64,000 nt of DNA from an uncultured Gammaproteobacteria bacterium (GTDB lineage Bacteria; Patescibacteriota; Patescibacteriia; Magasanikbacterales; UBA922): assembly GCA_964519725.1 (NCBI GenBank), contig CAZFKS010000001.1, positions 49,406-113,405 on the forward strand, read 5' to 3'. Within the stretch, counting starts at the first letter, position 1. Each line of letters starts with the position of its first letter. The notes beneath the pieces are model-generated. The model saw only the letters and a program-made list of their open reading frames with translations, was not told the DNA's origin and made no database searches. A program made the translations under genes and the position numbers. Below, piece by piece: positions 27,524 to 36,136 of this stretch.

Positions 27524-28144
27524 ATGAGCTGGTTAAAAGGGAATCGTGGGGTTACCAAATACCAAGCGTTTTTGGCCCTTGTTTTAATTGGCTTTTGGGT
27601 GTGGGCGGCAATCAATCCAGTCTATCCAAAAGATTGGCTCCTAGAAAATTATTTAATTTTCTTGTTTGTGCCAATTGTGATTTGGGGCACCTATCACTAT
27701 AAATTATCCAACCTCTCGCTTACTTTAATTGTAACCCTAATGTGTCTCCACATTGTTGGCTCACACTACACCTATGCTGAAGTGCCATTTGGTTATTATG
27801 TTCAAGACCTGACCCATGGCGCGCGCAACATGTATGACCGTATAGTGCATTTTTCCTTTGGCCTCCTCATTGCCTACCCGCTGCGTGAAGTGCTCATAAA
27901 GCAAACTGGCCTCAAAAATTTTGCGTCATATTATTTACCATTTGATATTATTGTGTCTTGGTCAGCACTCTACGAATTAATGGAGTGGGCCACAGCCTAC
28001 ATTGTGGCACCAGAAGCTGCCCTGGCATTTCTCGGTGCGCAGGGTGATATTTGGGACGCCCAAAAGGATATGGCCCTAGCGACCACCGGCGCCGTGATTG
28101 CGATGTTAATTACATACATGCACAACCGTTACAAAAAAGCCTAA
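27524..28144 (+). CDS. hypothetical membrane protein
   Basis: 6 predicted TM helices, no motif recognised. Confidence 0.4.
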   Translation: MSWLKGNRGVTKYQAFLALVLIGFWVWAAINPVYPKDWLLENYLIFLFVPIVIWGTYHYKLSNLSLTLIVTLMCLHIVGSHYTYAEVPFGYYVQDLTHGARNMYDRIVHFSFGLLIAYPLREVLIKQTGLKNFASYYLPFDIIVSWSALYELMEWATAYIVAPEAALAFLGAQGDIWDAQKDMALATTGAVIAMLITYMHNRYKKA

Positions 28145-28225
28145 AGTTATCCACTGCACCTTTTGCAATTCTCGCTTATAAGACTATAGTGAACATAGGG
28201 GTCTATTTAGAATTAATGTATACCT

Positions 28226-28378
28226 ATGCTTACATCTATTGCGTTCATTTTAATTGTTCTTTGGCTCATTGGCTGGCTCGGTTTCAATATCCTAGGCAAC
28301 TTCATTCACATTCTCCTGGTGATTGCGATCATCATGTTCCTAGTCAGGGTTATCCGCGGTGAAAATCCGATTAAGTAA
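28226..28378 (+). CDS. lmo0937-family-like small membrane protein (51 aa; below ORF-track cutoff)
   Basis: MLTSIAFILIVLWLIGWLGFNILGNFIHILLVIAIIMFLVRVIRGENPIK, followed by terminator. Confidence 0.45.
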   Translation: MLTSIAFILIVLWLIGWLGFNILGNFIHILLVIAIIMFLVRVIRGENPIK

Positions 28379-28395
28379 ACTTTCGAAAGAGAAAA

Positions 28396-28416
28396 ACACC
28401 GACGTTGGTGTTTTTT
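28396..28416 (+). terminator. rho-independent terminator ACACCGACGTTGGTGTTTTTT
   Basis: read directly. Confidence 0.6.
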
Positions 28417-28433
28417 CTTTTTGGTGCTATAGT

Positions 28434-29201
28434 ATGGGCCATATGAAAAAAGACACTTCATGGGACAAATCCGCCACTTGGTATCAAGGGGTAACTGAAG
28501 AAAGTGGGAATTATCAAACTGAATTAATTTTGCCAAATTTACTGCGCTTAGTCGCACCAAAAACTGGTCAGAAAATTCTTGACCTTGGCTGTGGAACTGG
28601 GTTATTTGCGCGCGCGTTTGCTGATAAAGGGGCGAGCGTAACTGGCCTAGATAATAGCCGCGACATGATTAAAACTGCCAGCGCAAATAATAATCCCAAA
28701 AATCCCATTACCTATTTAGTTGGCAGTGCGGATAATTTAAAATTACTCGCTAACCAAAAATTTGATGCGGTGACCATTGTGCTTGCCCTCCAAAACATGG
28801 AGCAAGCGGCCAAAGTACTCCAAGAAGCGGCGCGCGTTTTAAAACCAGCTGGGCGCTTACTCATTGTTTTAAATCATCCTGCCTTTAGAATTCCTAAAGC
28901 CACTAGTTGGGAATGGACCAGTGATCAAAAAATCCAGTTTCGCCGCGTGGATAAATATTTATCTGAAAGCAAAACCAAAATTGTCATGCACCCCGGCCAA
29001 TCTTCAGCCTACACTCTGAGTTTTCACCGCCCCCTCCAAACGTATTTTAAACTGCTCGGCAAAGCTGGCTTTGGGGTGACCAACCTAGAAGAGTGGATCT
29101 CACACCGAATTGGACCAAAAGGCAAAACCTTTGCGGCCCTAGAACAAGCCCGCAAAGAAATTCCTATTTTCCTGTTCTTAGAGGCCACAAAAATAAAATA
29201 A
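28434..29201 (+). CDS. class I SAM-dependent methyltransferase
   Basis: motif I ILDLGCGTGLFARAF; start at ATG 28434 after terminator. Confidence 0.7.
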   Translation: MGHMKKDTSWDKSATWYQGVTEESGNYQTELILPNLLRLVAPKTGQKILDLGCGTGLFARAFADKGASVTGLDNSRDMIKTASANNNPKNPITYLVGSADNLKLLANQKFDAVTIVLALQNMEQAAKVLQEAARVLKPAGRLLIVLNHPAFRIPKATSWEWTSDQKIQFRRVDKYLSESKTKIVMHPGQSSAYTLSFHRPLQTYFKLLGKAGFGVTNLEEWISHRIGPKGKTFAALEQARKEIPIFLFLEATKIK

Positions 29202-29226
29202 TCCGCCAGCTGGCGGATTATTTTAT
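29200..29226. terminator. bidirectional terminator AATCCGCCAGCTGGCGGATT flanked by A-run and T-run, between convergent genes
   Basis: perfect palindrome read directly. Confidence 0.6.
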
Positions 29227-29238
29227 TTGACCTTATGT

Positions 29239-29700
29239 TTAGAGTGATACGGAGTCAGCCCCTTCTTTACTAACATCGTTACTTACCAGTGCCTTACCGC
29301 AAGCTTTGCGTTCAGTTTTGTAAGTTGACCAAGCGGCGTTCCGAGCACTGCGGAAAGTGTTACGGGCACTTTTTTGAGCTGACTGAAAAGTTGACCAGGC
29401 TTTTTCCTGGGCTGCTTTACGTTCTTTTTTAGTTGTCAGATCCCAGGCTTTGCCTAAGGCTTCACCGCGAGCTTGAAAGGCTACTTTCCAAGCCGAATTT
29501 TGTGCCTCAATGGCACTCATAACTGCGGATTCTCTTTTAGTTAAGGCAGTTTTAATACAGACCCTCTGAGCCTCAGTTAAATCAACAGAAGGGGAACTTG
29601 CCTGAGTATTTGAACCTGAGTCATCATTAGCCAATACCAAAGCTGGGCCAATGACACCTACAGCTACTGCGGCCAGAAAAAACTTACCAAAGTTTTTCAT
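29239..29700 (-). CDS. secreted hypothetical protein (signal peptide, helical)
   Basis: MKNFGKFFLAAVAVGVIGPALVLA signal peptide. Confidence 0.4.
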   Translation of the reverse strand: MKNFGKFFLAAVAVGVIGPALVLANDDSGSNTQASSPSVDLTEAQRVCIKTALTKRESAVMSAIEAQNSAWKVAFQARGEALGKAWDLTTKKERKAAQEKAWSTFQSAQKSARNTFRSARNAAWSTYKTERKACGKALVSNDVSKEGADSVSL

Positions 29701-29772
29701 AGAAAAAAATTAAGATTAACAGGTTGAGTATACCACAACCCCGTGCTATACTCTACCCACTAATTAATTCCT

Positions 29773-30129
29773 ATGTCCCAAAATCTCCAAGAAATTTTCG
29801 CCCGGGTCGAAAAGGCCAAGTCCCGCCAAAAAGAAATTAAAACCATTTACCGCGACGCCTTAACCAGTACCCCAGAGTACGAAGAATTAAATGACAAATT
29901 AAAAACTCTGCGCGAACGTAAAAAACAAATTGAACAAACTACCAAAGAAAATTTCGGCTCAGAATTAACTGAACTAGAAGATTTAAAAGTGGATATTGAA
30001 TCTGATATGGAAATGATGAGTGACATTGCACTATCACAATTGGTAAAAGGGGAGAATATCCAAATTAAAGATCAGTACGAAAATGAATACGAACCAGTGT
30101 TTGCGGTTAAATTTAGAAAAATGAAATAA
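29773..30129 (+). CDS. hypothetical coiled-coil protein
   Basis: charged heptad-rich 118 aa. Confidence 0.35.
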   Translation: MSQNLQEIFARVEKAKSRQKEIKTIYRDALTSTPEYEELNDKLKTLRERKKQIEQTTKENFGSELTELEDLKVDIESDMEMMSDIALSQLVKGENIQIKDQYENEYEPVFAVKFRKMK

Positions 30130-30130
30130 T

Positions 30131-30712
30131 ATGTCACGAGAAGTTGTTTTTGATATTGAAACTATTGGCGATATTCGTGACCTTTCAACCATGAAAGTGA
30201 CCGTGGTTTCGATTTATGAATTTGAAACTGATCGTTACCAATCATTTGACGAACATGGGCTTGGTAATTTGTGGCCAATTTTAGAACGCGCTGAGCGGTT
30301 AATTGGTTTTAATAGTTTGCACTTTGATCTGCCAATTTTAGGCCGCAATTATGCGGGTGACCTAACTAAAATTCCACACTTAGATATTTTAAAGGTGGTC
30401 AAAGAATCAACCGGTAACCGCATTAAATTAAATGATATTGCCAAAGCCACGCTTCAAATTGAAAAAAGTGCGGACGGCCTCCAAGCTATGGAATGGTACA
30501 AACAAGGTAAAATTGATGAAATTAAAAAATACTGTGAGCAAGATGTAAAAGTGACCAAGGATGTGTATGACTATGGTCGCAAAAATAAAATGCTGTATTA
30601 TCCAACCTTAACCGGTGACCTAGTGCCATTCCCGGTGAATTTTGAGCCTGCCCCTGTCGTGGCTGGCACAACCCAAGCCGCCTCGGGAATTAACCTGACT
30701 TTACCCTTCTAG
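30131..30712 (+). CDS. DEDD-type 3'-5' exonuclease
   Basis: Exo I motif VVFDIETIG near N-terminus. Confidence 0.5.
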   Translation: MSREVVFDIETIGDIRDLSTMKVTVVSIYEFETDRYQSFDEHGLGNLWPILERAERLIGFNSLHFDLPILGRNYAGDLTKIPHLDILKVVKESTGNRIKLNDIAKATLQIEKSADGLQAMEWYKQGKIDEIKKYCEQDVKVTKDVYDYGRKNKMLYYPTLTGDLVPFPVNFEPAPVVAGTTQAASGINLTLPF

Positions 30713-30744
30713 TTCCCTTAAGGAAAAGTTATCCACTTTTGCTC

Positions 30745-30773
30745 CCTGGTGACGACTTGCCAGGGATTTTTTT
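30745..30773 (+). terminator. rho-independent terminator CCCTGG-N10-CCAGGG + T7
   Basis: read directly. Confidence 0.55.
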
Positions 30774-31050
30774 ATCCCTATAATGAAATTAGGAGAGGTC
30801 GCGGGTGCGCTACAGTGCACAATACAATTTAATCTTAATCACTGTATGTGTATCTGACCGTATTACTAACTTAATCTACACATATGAACAACAACCGTAA
30901 CCAATACCAGAAAGAAAATAATACAGGCGGAAATGACTCACGTAATGATGGTGGTAACCGCAGTAATCGCGACAGTGATACCATGGATACTGAAACTACT
31001 AGTGAATCAACTCGCAGCCAACGTAACTCCTAACATACTGTTCATTAAAA

Positions 31051-31077
31051 AGAAGTCCCACGTGGGACTTCTTTTTA
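31051..31077. terminator. bidirectional terminator AGAAGTCCCACGTGGGACTTCT + T5
   Basis: 22-nt perfect palindrome between convergent genes. Confidence 0.55.
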
Positions 31078-31089
31078 TTTTATTTTTCA

Positions 31090-31782
31090 CTAGAAAATTT
31101 CTAAGTGAACCGCGGTTGGCAGCACACCTTTGCTGACCAAATATTGTTTTGTTTCTGCCACCATTTCCGAGCTGCCACAGAGGAAATACCGGGCGTCGAG
31201 TGGTAATTTTTCTAGGTGCGCAGTCACCCGGCCACTGGCACCAGTCCAATTTGCTTCGGGCTGAGATAGGGTAGTGATCACAGAAAAATTAGGGAATTTG
31301 CTGGTTAAATGGGCTAAGCGCTCAGTCCAAAACAAATCAGTTTGTTTGCGTACACCAAATAACAAAGTCATTGGCTCTTTAATTTGACGCAGCAGAAGCG
31401 CATCTTCAATCATGCCCATAATTGGCGCGAGACCTACCCCAGTCGCAATAAACACCAGTGGGGTAGTCACTTCAGGTGGCACCACAAACCGGCCAACTGG
31501 GCCATAAAAATTAATCTGGTCACCAGCCTTGGCCTCACGAACAAAATTTGACCCGACCCCGTCTGGCAAGAGCTTCACGCATAATTCCAGCTCTGGGTCA
31601 GTGGGCATAGAGGCTAGGGAATAGGACCGTAAAATCTCTCCAGTCGGGCCTGGCACAGCTAACTGGATAAATTGGCCAGCCTGGTATAAAAACCCTTCTG
31701 GACGCAAAATTTTGATTGACACAACATCCTCTGTCAGGGCAACTACTTGGCTAATTTGAGCGGAAATTAGAGTGCGGGGCAT
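31090..31782 (-). CDS. FAD/NAD(P)-binding oxidoreductase (ferredoxin-NADP reductase-like)
   Basis: FAD_binding_6-like N-domain and NAD-binding C-domain. Confidence 0.6.
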   Translation of the reverse strand: MPRTLISAQISQVVALTEDVVSIKILRPEGFLYQAGQFIQLAVPGPTGEILRSYSLASMPTDPELELCVKLLPDGVGSNFVREAKAGDQINFYGPVGRFVVPPEVTTPLVFIATGVGLAPIMGMIEDALLLRQIKEPMTLLFGVRKQTDLFWTERLAHLTSKFPNFSVITTLSQPEANWTGASGRVTAHLEKLPLDARYFLCGSSEMVAETKQYLVSKGVLPTAVHLEIF

Positions 31783-31853
31783 ATTGACTTTTGGGAACTT
31801 TTTTTATAGAATTGGCTAAGCGAGCGTATCATATTTACCTTATTTTAGCAAAA

Positions 31854-33068
31854 ATGTTACCCAAGCCACCAGCGCGCCCAAAGTCTAGGAAATTCATTTA
31901 CCTGGACCACGCGGCCGCGACCCCCACTGCCACAGAAGTTGTCAAAGCCATGACCCCATTTTGGAGTCAGTCTTTTGCTAATCCGTCAGCTTTGTATGCC
32001 GCGGGTGTGGCGAGCCGTGAGGCGGTTGAAGCCGCGCGGGAAGTAGTGGCTGAGACTCTCAAAACTCAAGCGCGGAATATTATTTTTACGAGTGGCGGCA
32101 CTGAAGCCAATAATTTAGGTATTGTTGGATTAATTACTGAACTGAAAAAAATTCACAAAAAGTTACACATCATTACCACCGCCATTGAACATCATTCGGT
32201 TTTAAATCCAATTAAAGCCTTGGCCAAAACTGGCGTGAGCGTAACGTATTTACCAGTGAATGCACAGGGTGAAATTTCGGTAAAAGAATTAGTGAAAGCA
32301 ATTCGTCCAGACACGGCACTTATTTCAGTCATGTACGCGAACAATGAAATTGGAACCATTAATCCAATTGCGGAAATTGGCCGTGAACTTTTAAAATATC
32401 GCAAAGCACATGGCACACAATGGCCATATTTCCACACTGACGCGTGTCAGGCCACTGGTACTTTGGATTTGTCAGTGGAAAAATTGCACGTTGATTTACT
32501 AACTTTAAATGGCAGTAAAATTTACGGACCAAAAGGCAGTGGCGCCCTGTTTGCGCGCGCGGGCGTGCCTTTGTCACCAATTATGTTTGGTGGTGATCAA
32601 GAAAAAACTTTGCGCAGTGGCACAGAAAATGTGCCCGCGATTGTTGGCTTAGCCAAAGCGTTAGAATTAGTAAATAAAAATAAAATAAAAGAAGCAGCGC
32701 GCGAAGCAAAATTGCGTGATTTTTTTTGGGAAAATATTTCCAAAAAAATTCCTGGCGTTTTATTAAATGGACCAACTGAACGTTTGGCTAATAATTTAAA
32801 TGTTTGTTTTCCGGGTTTGGAAGGGGAGACACTGGCGATTTATTTAGATGCGTACGGAATTGCTTGTGCGACTGGTTCAGCCTGCGCCACAGACCAAGAC
32901 GATGCGTCACACGTGTTAATTGCTTGTGGGCGCAGTGGTGACGAAGCTAAAGCCAGTTTGCGTTTTTCATTGGGTCGTAGCACCACTAAACAAGATTTGG
33001 ATTTTGTTTTAAAATATTTACCTGACCTAGTTAAAACTTTGCGGGCCAGTGCAGCCATTAAAAAATAA
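31854..33068 (+). CDS. cysteine desulfurase (NifS/IscS-like, aminotransferase class V)
   Basis: YLDHAAATP N-terminus, SGHK-type Lys region; start ATG 31854. Confidence 0.8.
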   Translation: MLPKPPARPKSRKFIYLDHAAATPTATEVVKAMTPFWSQSFANPSALYAAGVASREAVEAAREVVAETLKTQARNIIFTSGGTEANNLGIVGLITELKKIHKKLHIITTAIEHHSVLNPIKALAKTGVSVTYLPVNAQGEISVKELVKAIRPDTALISVMYANNEIGTINPIAEIGRELLKYRKAHGTQWPYFHTDACQATGTLDLSVEKLHVDLLTLNGSKIYGPKGSGALFARAGVPLSPIMFGGDQEKTLRSGTENVPAIVGLAKALELVNKNKIKEAAREAKLRDFFWENISKKIPGVLLNGPTERLANNLNVCFPGLEGETLAIYLDAYGIACATGSACATDQDDASHVLIACGRSGDEAKASLRFSLGRSTTKQDLDFVLKYLPDLVKTLRASAAIKK

Positions 33069-33069
33069 A

Positions 33070-33133
33070 CTAAAAACCACCCGCCTCCACGCCTGAAGAG
33101 AATAATTCTCAGCAGACGCAGTGTCGGGTGGTT
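33070..33133 (+). repeat. 64-bp direct repeat copy 1 (internal hairpin with AACCACCCG/CGGGTGGTT ends and central GAGAATAATTCTC palindrome)
   Basis: 63/64 identical to copy 2; begins 1 nt after cysteine desulfurase stop. Confidence 0.8.
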
Positions 33134-33176
33134 GAGGAGGAACCAGTTGGGAGTACCCAACACTACGGCCCCTAAC

Positions 33177-33428
33177 CTAGGCGCGCACCTCCTCGCCAGT
33201 ACCTGGCAACTCTAGGAGCCACTGGAAGAATCCGATCAACCCCTGCAGAACTGCACGGATCTTTTCGGCCAGGACATACGCCTGGATGACGATTCCAGCG
33301 CCCAGGATTACTCCAAAGAGACAAGAACCCTCCACCAAGAGATCAGCTCCGAAGAGCAGCGCCCCGAGTGGTGGAGGCAGACGATCAATGAGATCTTGCA
33401 TACTTGCTCTATATATCATTTCAAGCAA
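33177..33428 (-). CDS. GC-rich small hydrophobic ORF (83 aa) inside repeat-bounded cassette
   Basis: ORF with upstream TTGACA -35 on minus strand; ~58% GC; coding status uncertain. Confidence 0.25.
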   Translation of the reverse strand: MLEMIYRASMQDLIDRLPPPLGALLFGADLLVEGSCLFGVILGAGIVIQAYVLAEKIRAVLQGLIGFFQWLLELPGTGEEVRA

Positions 33429-33447
33429 TTTGTCAATATTTACCTAA

Positions 33448-33511
33448 CTAAAAACCACCCGCCTCCACGCCTGAAGAGAATAATTCTCTGCAGACGCAGT
33501 GTCGGGTGGTT
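33448..33511 (+). repeat. 64-bp direct repeat copy 2
   Basis: single A/T difference from copy 1 at position 41. Confidence 0.8.
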
Positions 33512-33561
33512 CCCAGCACCACGGTCGCGGTGCGACTACTTAGCCTGGACCAGGCGCGTGC

Positions 33562-33663
33562 ACTCACGTTCGACCTCCGCGAGGAGGCTTTGAAAAGAGG
33601 TTAGATCCGTGATCACAAGCTTCACGTAGTGGTACATGGGGTCCTCCTGCCGAATGGTGTCGG
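33562..33663 (-). CDS. GC-rich mini-ORF (33 aa) with strong AGGAGG RBS
   Basis: MYHYVKLVITDLTSFQSLLAEVERECTRLVQAK read on minus strand; speculative. Confidence 0.2.
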
Positions 33664-33703
33664 CACATATACAGTAACCCTGAAATTGAAATATTGTCAA
33701 AAT

Positions 33704-35110
33704 ATGGCCTTACAAAAGCCAACAATTTACCTTGACCGCGCGCTCTACGATGATGCGAACATTGAGCAGGTCAAATATAAATCCAAACCCGGGTTAACGC
33801 GCGAGGTGGTTTTGGAAATTTCTAAACAAAAAAATGAACCAGAGTGGATGTTAAAAAAGCGGTTGCAGGCGTTTGATTTGTACCTGCAAACCCCGCTGCC
33901 AAGTTGGGGTCCGGATTTATCTGGGCTCGATTTAGAAAAAATTATTTATTTTGTCCGCCCAGATACAGAAGAAGCGCAGAGCTGGGAAGATGTGCCCGAA
34001 GAAATTAAAAAAACGTTTGATAAACTGGGAATTCCAGAAGCCGAAAAAACTGTGCTCGCTGGCGTGGGCGCGCAATATGACAGTGATGTGGTGTATCACA
34101 ATATCCAAAAACAACTGCGCGATAAAGGTGTAATTTTTGAAAACATGGATACGGCCGTGCAACTGTATCCCGAGCTCGTGCAAAAATATTTCATGACCCA
34201 ATGTGTGCCAATTAATGACCATAAATTTGTCATGCTTCACGCGGCCGTGTGGAGTGGGGGAACATTTATTTATGTGCCAAAAGGCGTGAAAGTTGATTTA
34301 CCACTCCAAGCCTATTTCCGGATGAATGCCAAAAGTGGCGGACAATTTGAACACACCTTAATTATTGTTGATGAAGGTGCCGAAGTGCAATACATTGAAG
34401 GCTGTTCTGCGCCGCGATATACCACAAGTTCTTTGCATGCGGGTTGTGTAGAAATTTTTGTGCACGCGAATGCGCGCGCCCGATATTATTCCATTGAAAA
34501 CTGGTCAAAAAATACTTACAACCTTAATACCAAACGCGCCTTAGTTGATGAAAATGCTGTCGTAGAATGGATTAATGGGAACATGGGCAGTGGCGTAACC
34601 ATGCTCTACCCATGTTCAGTACTACGTGGCCGGGGTGCTCGTTCAGATAGTTTAGGCGTAGCGTTTGCTGGACCAGGACAGAATCAGGACACTGGTAGCA
34701 AAGCCATTCACGCGGCGCCAGATACTAAATCTACTATTAAAGCTAAATCAATTTCGGTTGGTGGTGGAATTTCTACGTACCGTGGACTCGTGCGCGTCAC
34801 ATCAAAGGCGGAAAATTCTTCAGTCGCGGTGAATTGCGATGCACTCTTAATTGATGACGCGTCAGTTTCCAACACGTATCCAACCATGAAAATTGATCAA
34901 GCCAAAGTGGATATGGCGCACGAAGCGACAGTGGGAAAAATTGGTGATGATGAAATTTTTTATTTGCGTTCCCGCGGACTCAGTGAAGATCAAGCGCGAC
35001 AAATGGTGGTCGCTGGTTTTATTGAACCAATTGTGAAAGCTTTACCACTGGAATACGCCGTGGAATTAAATAAATTAATTGAACTGGAAATGGAAGGGTC
35101 AGTCGGCTAG
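33704..35110 (+). CDS. sufB: Fe-S cluster assembly protein SufB
   Basis: full-length SufB; start at ATG 33704. Confidence 0.85.
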   Translation: MALQKPTIYLDRALYDDANIEQVKYKSKPGLTREVVLEISKQKNEPEWMLKKRLQAFDLYLQTPLPSWGPDLSGLDLEKIIYFVRPDTEEAQSWEDVPEEIKKTFDKLGIPEAEKTVLAGVGAQYDSDVVYHNIQKQLRDKGVIFENMDTAVQLYPELVQKYFMTQCVPINDHKFVMLHAAVWSGGTFIYVPKGVKVDLPLQAYFRMNAKSGGQFEHTLIIVDEGAEVQYIEGCSAPRYTTSSLHAGCVEIFVHANARARYYSIENWSKNTYNLNTKRALVDENAVVEWINGNMGSGVTMLYPCSVLRGRGARSDSLGVAFAGPGQNQDTGSKAIHAAPDTKSTIKAKSISVGGGISTYRGLVRVTSKAENSSVAVNCDALLIDDASVSNTYPTMKIDQAKVDMAHEATVGKIGDDEIFYLRSRGLSEDQARQMVVAGFIEPIVKALPLEYAVELNKLIELEMEGSVG

Positions 35111-35111
35111 T

Positions 35112-35780
35112 ATGCAAATTATTATTCCAAATACTGAACAGAATTTTGAGCTGAAGATTGCCGAAAATACATTGATTTTAGATTGTAATAAAATTAATGG
35201 TGAATTTAAACGGCATATTAGTATTCAAAAAGGTGCGCGCGTAAAATATATTGATTTGCAAATTGGTGAGGGAAATAGTGAACGAAATAGTGAAACAATT
35301 ATTGAATTAGCGGGTGAAAATGCTGAGGTAGAATTGTTAGGTTTATTTGCGGGGCAGGGGAATGATAATTTAAAAATCTCGCACAAAGTTATTCACGCCG
35401 CACCACATACCACTTCAAAATTAGAAGCGCGTGGAATTTTAACTGACTCAGCCTTTGCCCACCAAATTAGTTCGATTGCAATTTTACCTAATCAAAACGG
35501 TTGTGCTGGCGACGAGCGCTCTGATACAATTTTACTGTCTGACAATGCGCGCGTAATTGCGGTACCAGAACTGGAAATTGGGAATAATGATGTGACGTGC
35601 AAGCACGCCGTGACCACTACACGCCTGAGTCCAGAAAAATTATTTTATTTAGCCACGCGTGGATTAGATGAAGCGAGCAGCCGGAAATTATTAGTCGAAG
35701 CACATTTAAATGGTTTGGTTGAACATATTCCAGAAGTTTTGTGCACTGAGCTGGCCTTAGATTTTTCTAATTTTACGTAA
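35112..35780 (+). CDS. sufD: Fe-S cluster assembly protein SufD (short form)
   Basis: SufB/SufD beta-helix C-terminal region; 222 aa. Confidence 0.65.
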   Translation: MQIIIPNTEQNFELKIAENTLILDCNKINGEFKRHISIQKGARVKYIDLQIGEGNSERNSETIIELAGENAEVELLGLFAGQGNDNLKISHKVIHAAPHTTSKLEARGILTDSAFAHQISSIAILPNQNGCAGDERSDTILLSDNARVIAVPELEIGNNDVTCKHAVTTTRLSPEKLFYLATRGLDEASSRKLLVEAHLNGLVEHIPEVLCTELALDFSNFT

Positions 35781-35786
35781 ACAAAA

Positions 35787-35805
35787 CCGACCCGGTTAGG
35801 GTCGG
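35787..35805 (+). terminator. hairpin CCGACCC-GGTTA-GGGTCGG after sufD (weak T-run)
   Basis: read directly. Confidence 0.35.
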
Positions 35806-36136
35806 TATGTTCCACGACATATCTTTGCCTATAACAACGTTGTAAGCAAAGTGTGTGCCGTGGAACCTCCTTTCAGGTGCGTGGCACGCTCACCTGGGCG
35901 GGTTGGTGGAGAACACAACAGTCATCGTGACCGTCGTCTCCGGTGGGAGCTTGGCGATCTGGCCTTCAAGAAGGCCTTTCACCATGCTCACTACGGGATC
36001 GACTGCTTCTGCAGTCGAAGGGATTTCGCGCCGATCCTGGTTAGTATGCTCGCCGTAGGTGACGAGCGTACCATCAGTCTGGCGCGAAACACTAAATGAT
36101 ACTCGCATGGCCCCAAAATACCTGTTTCTAAAAAAT

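Noticed and set aside
30883-31032. 49-aa hydrophilic ORF (MNNNRNQYQKENNTGGNDSRND...) between two terminators
   Set aside because: No Shine-Dalgarno and low-complexity N/S/R-rich sequence. It could be real but evidence is insufficient. The overlapping 67-aa track ORF 30933..31136 is in another frame and equally unsupported.
33070-33511. CRISPR array or integron attC interpretation of the 64-bp repeats
   Set aside because: There are only two copies with a 314-bp unique spacer and no cas or intI genes. The repeat ends do not match attC R''/R' core sites (RYYYAAC/GTTRRRY).
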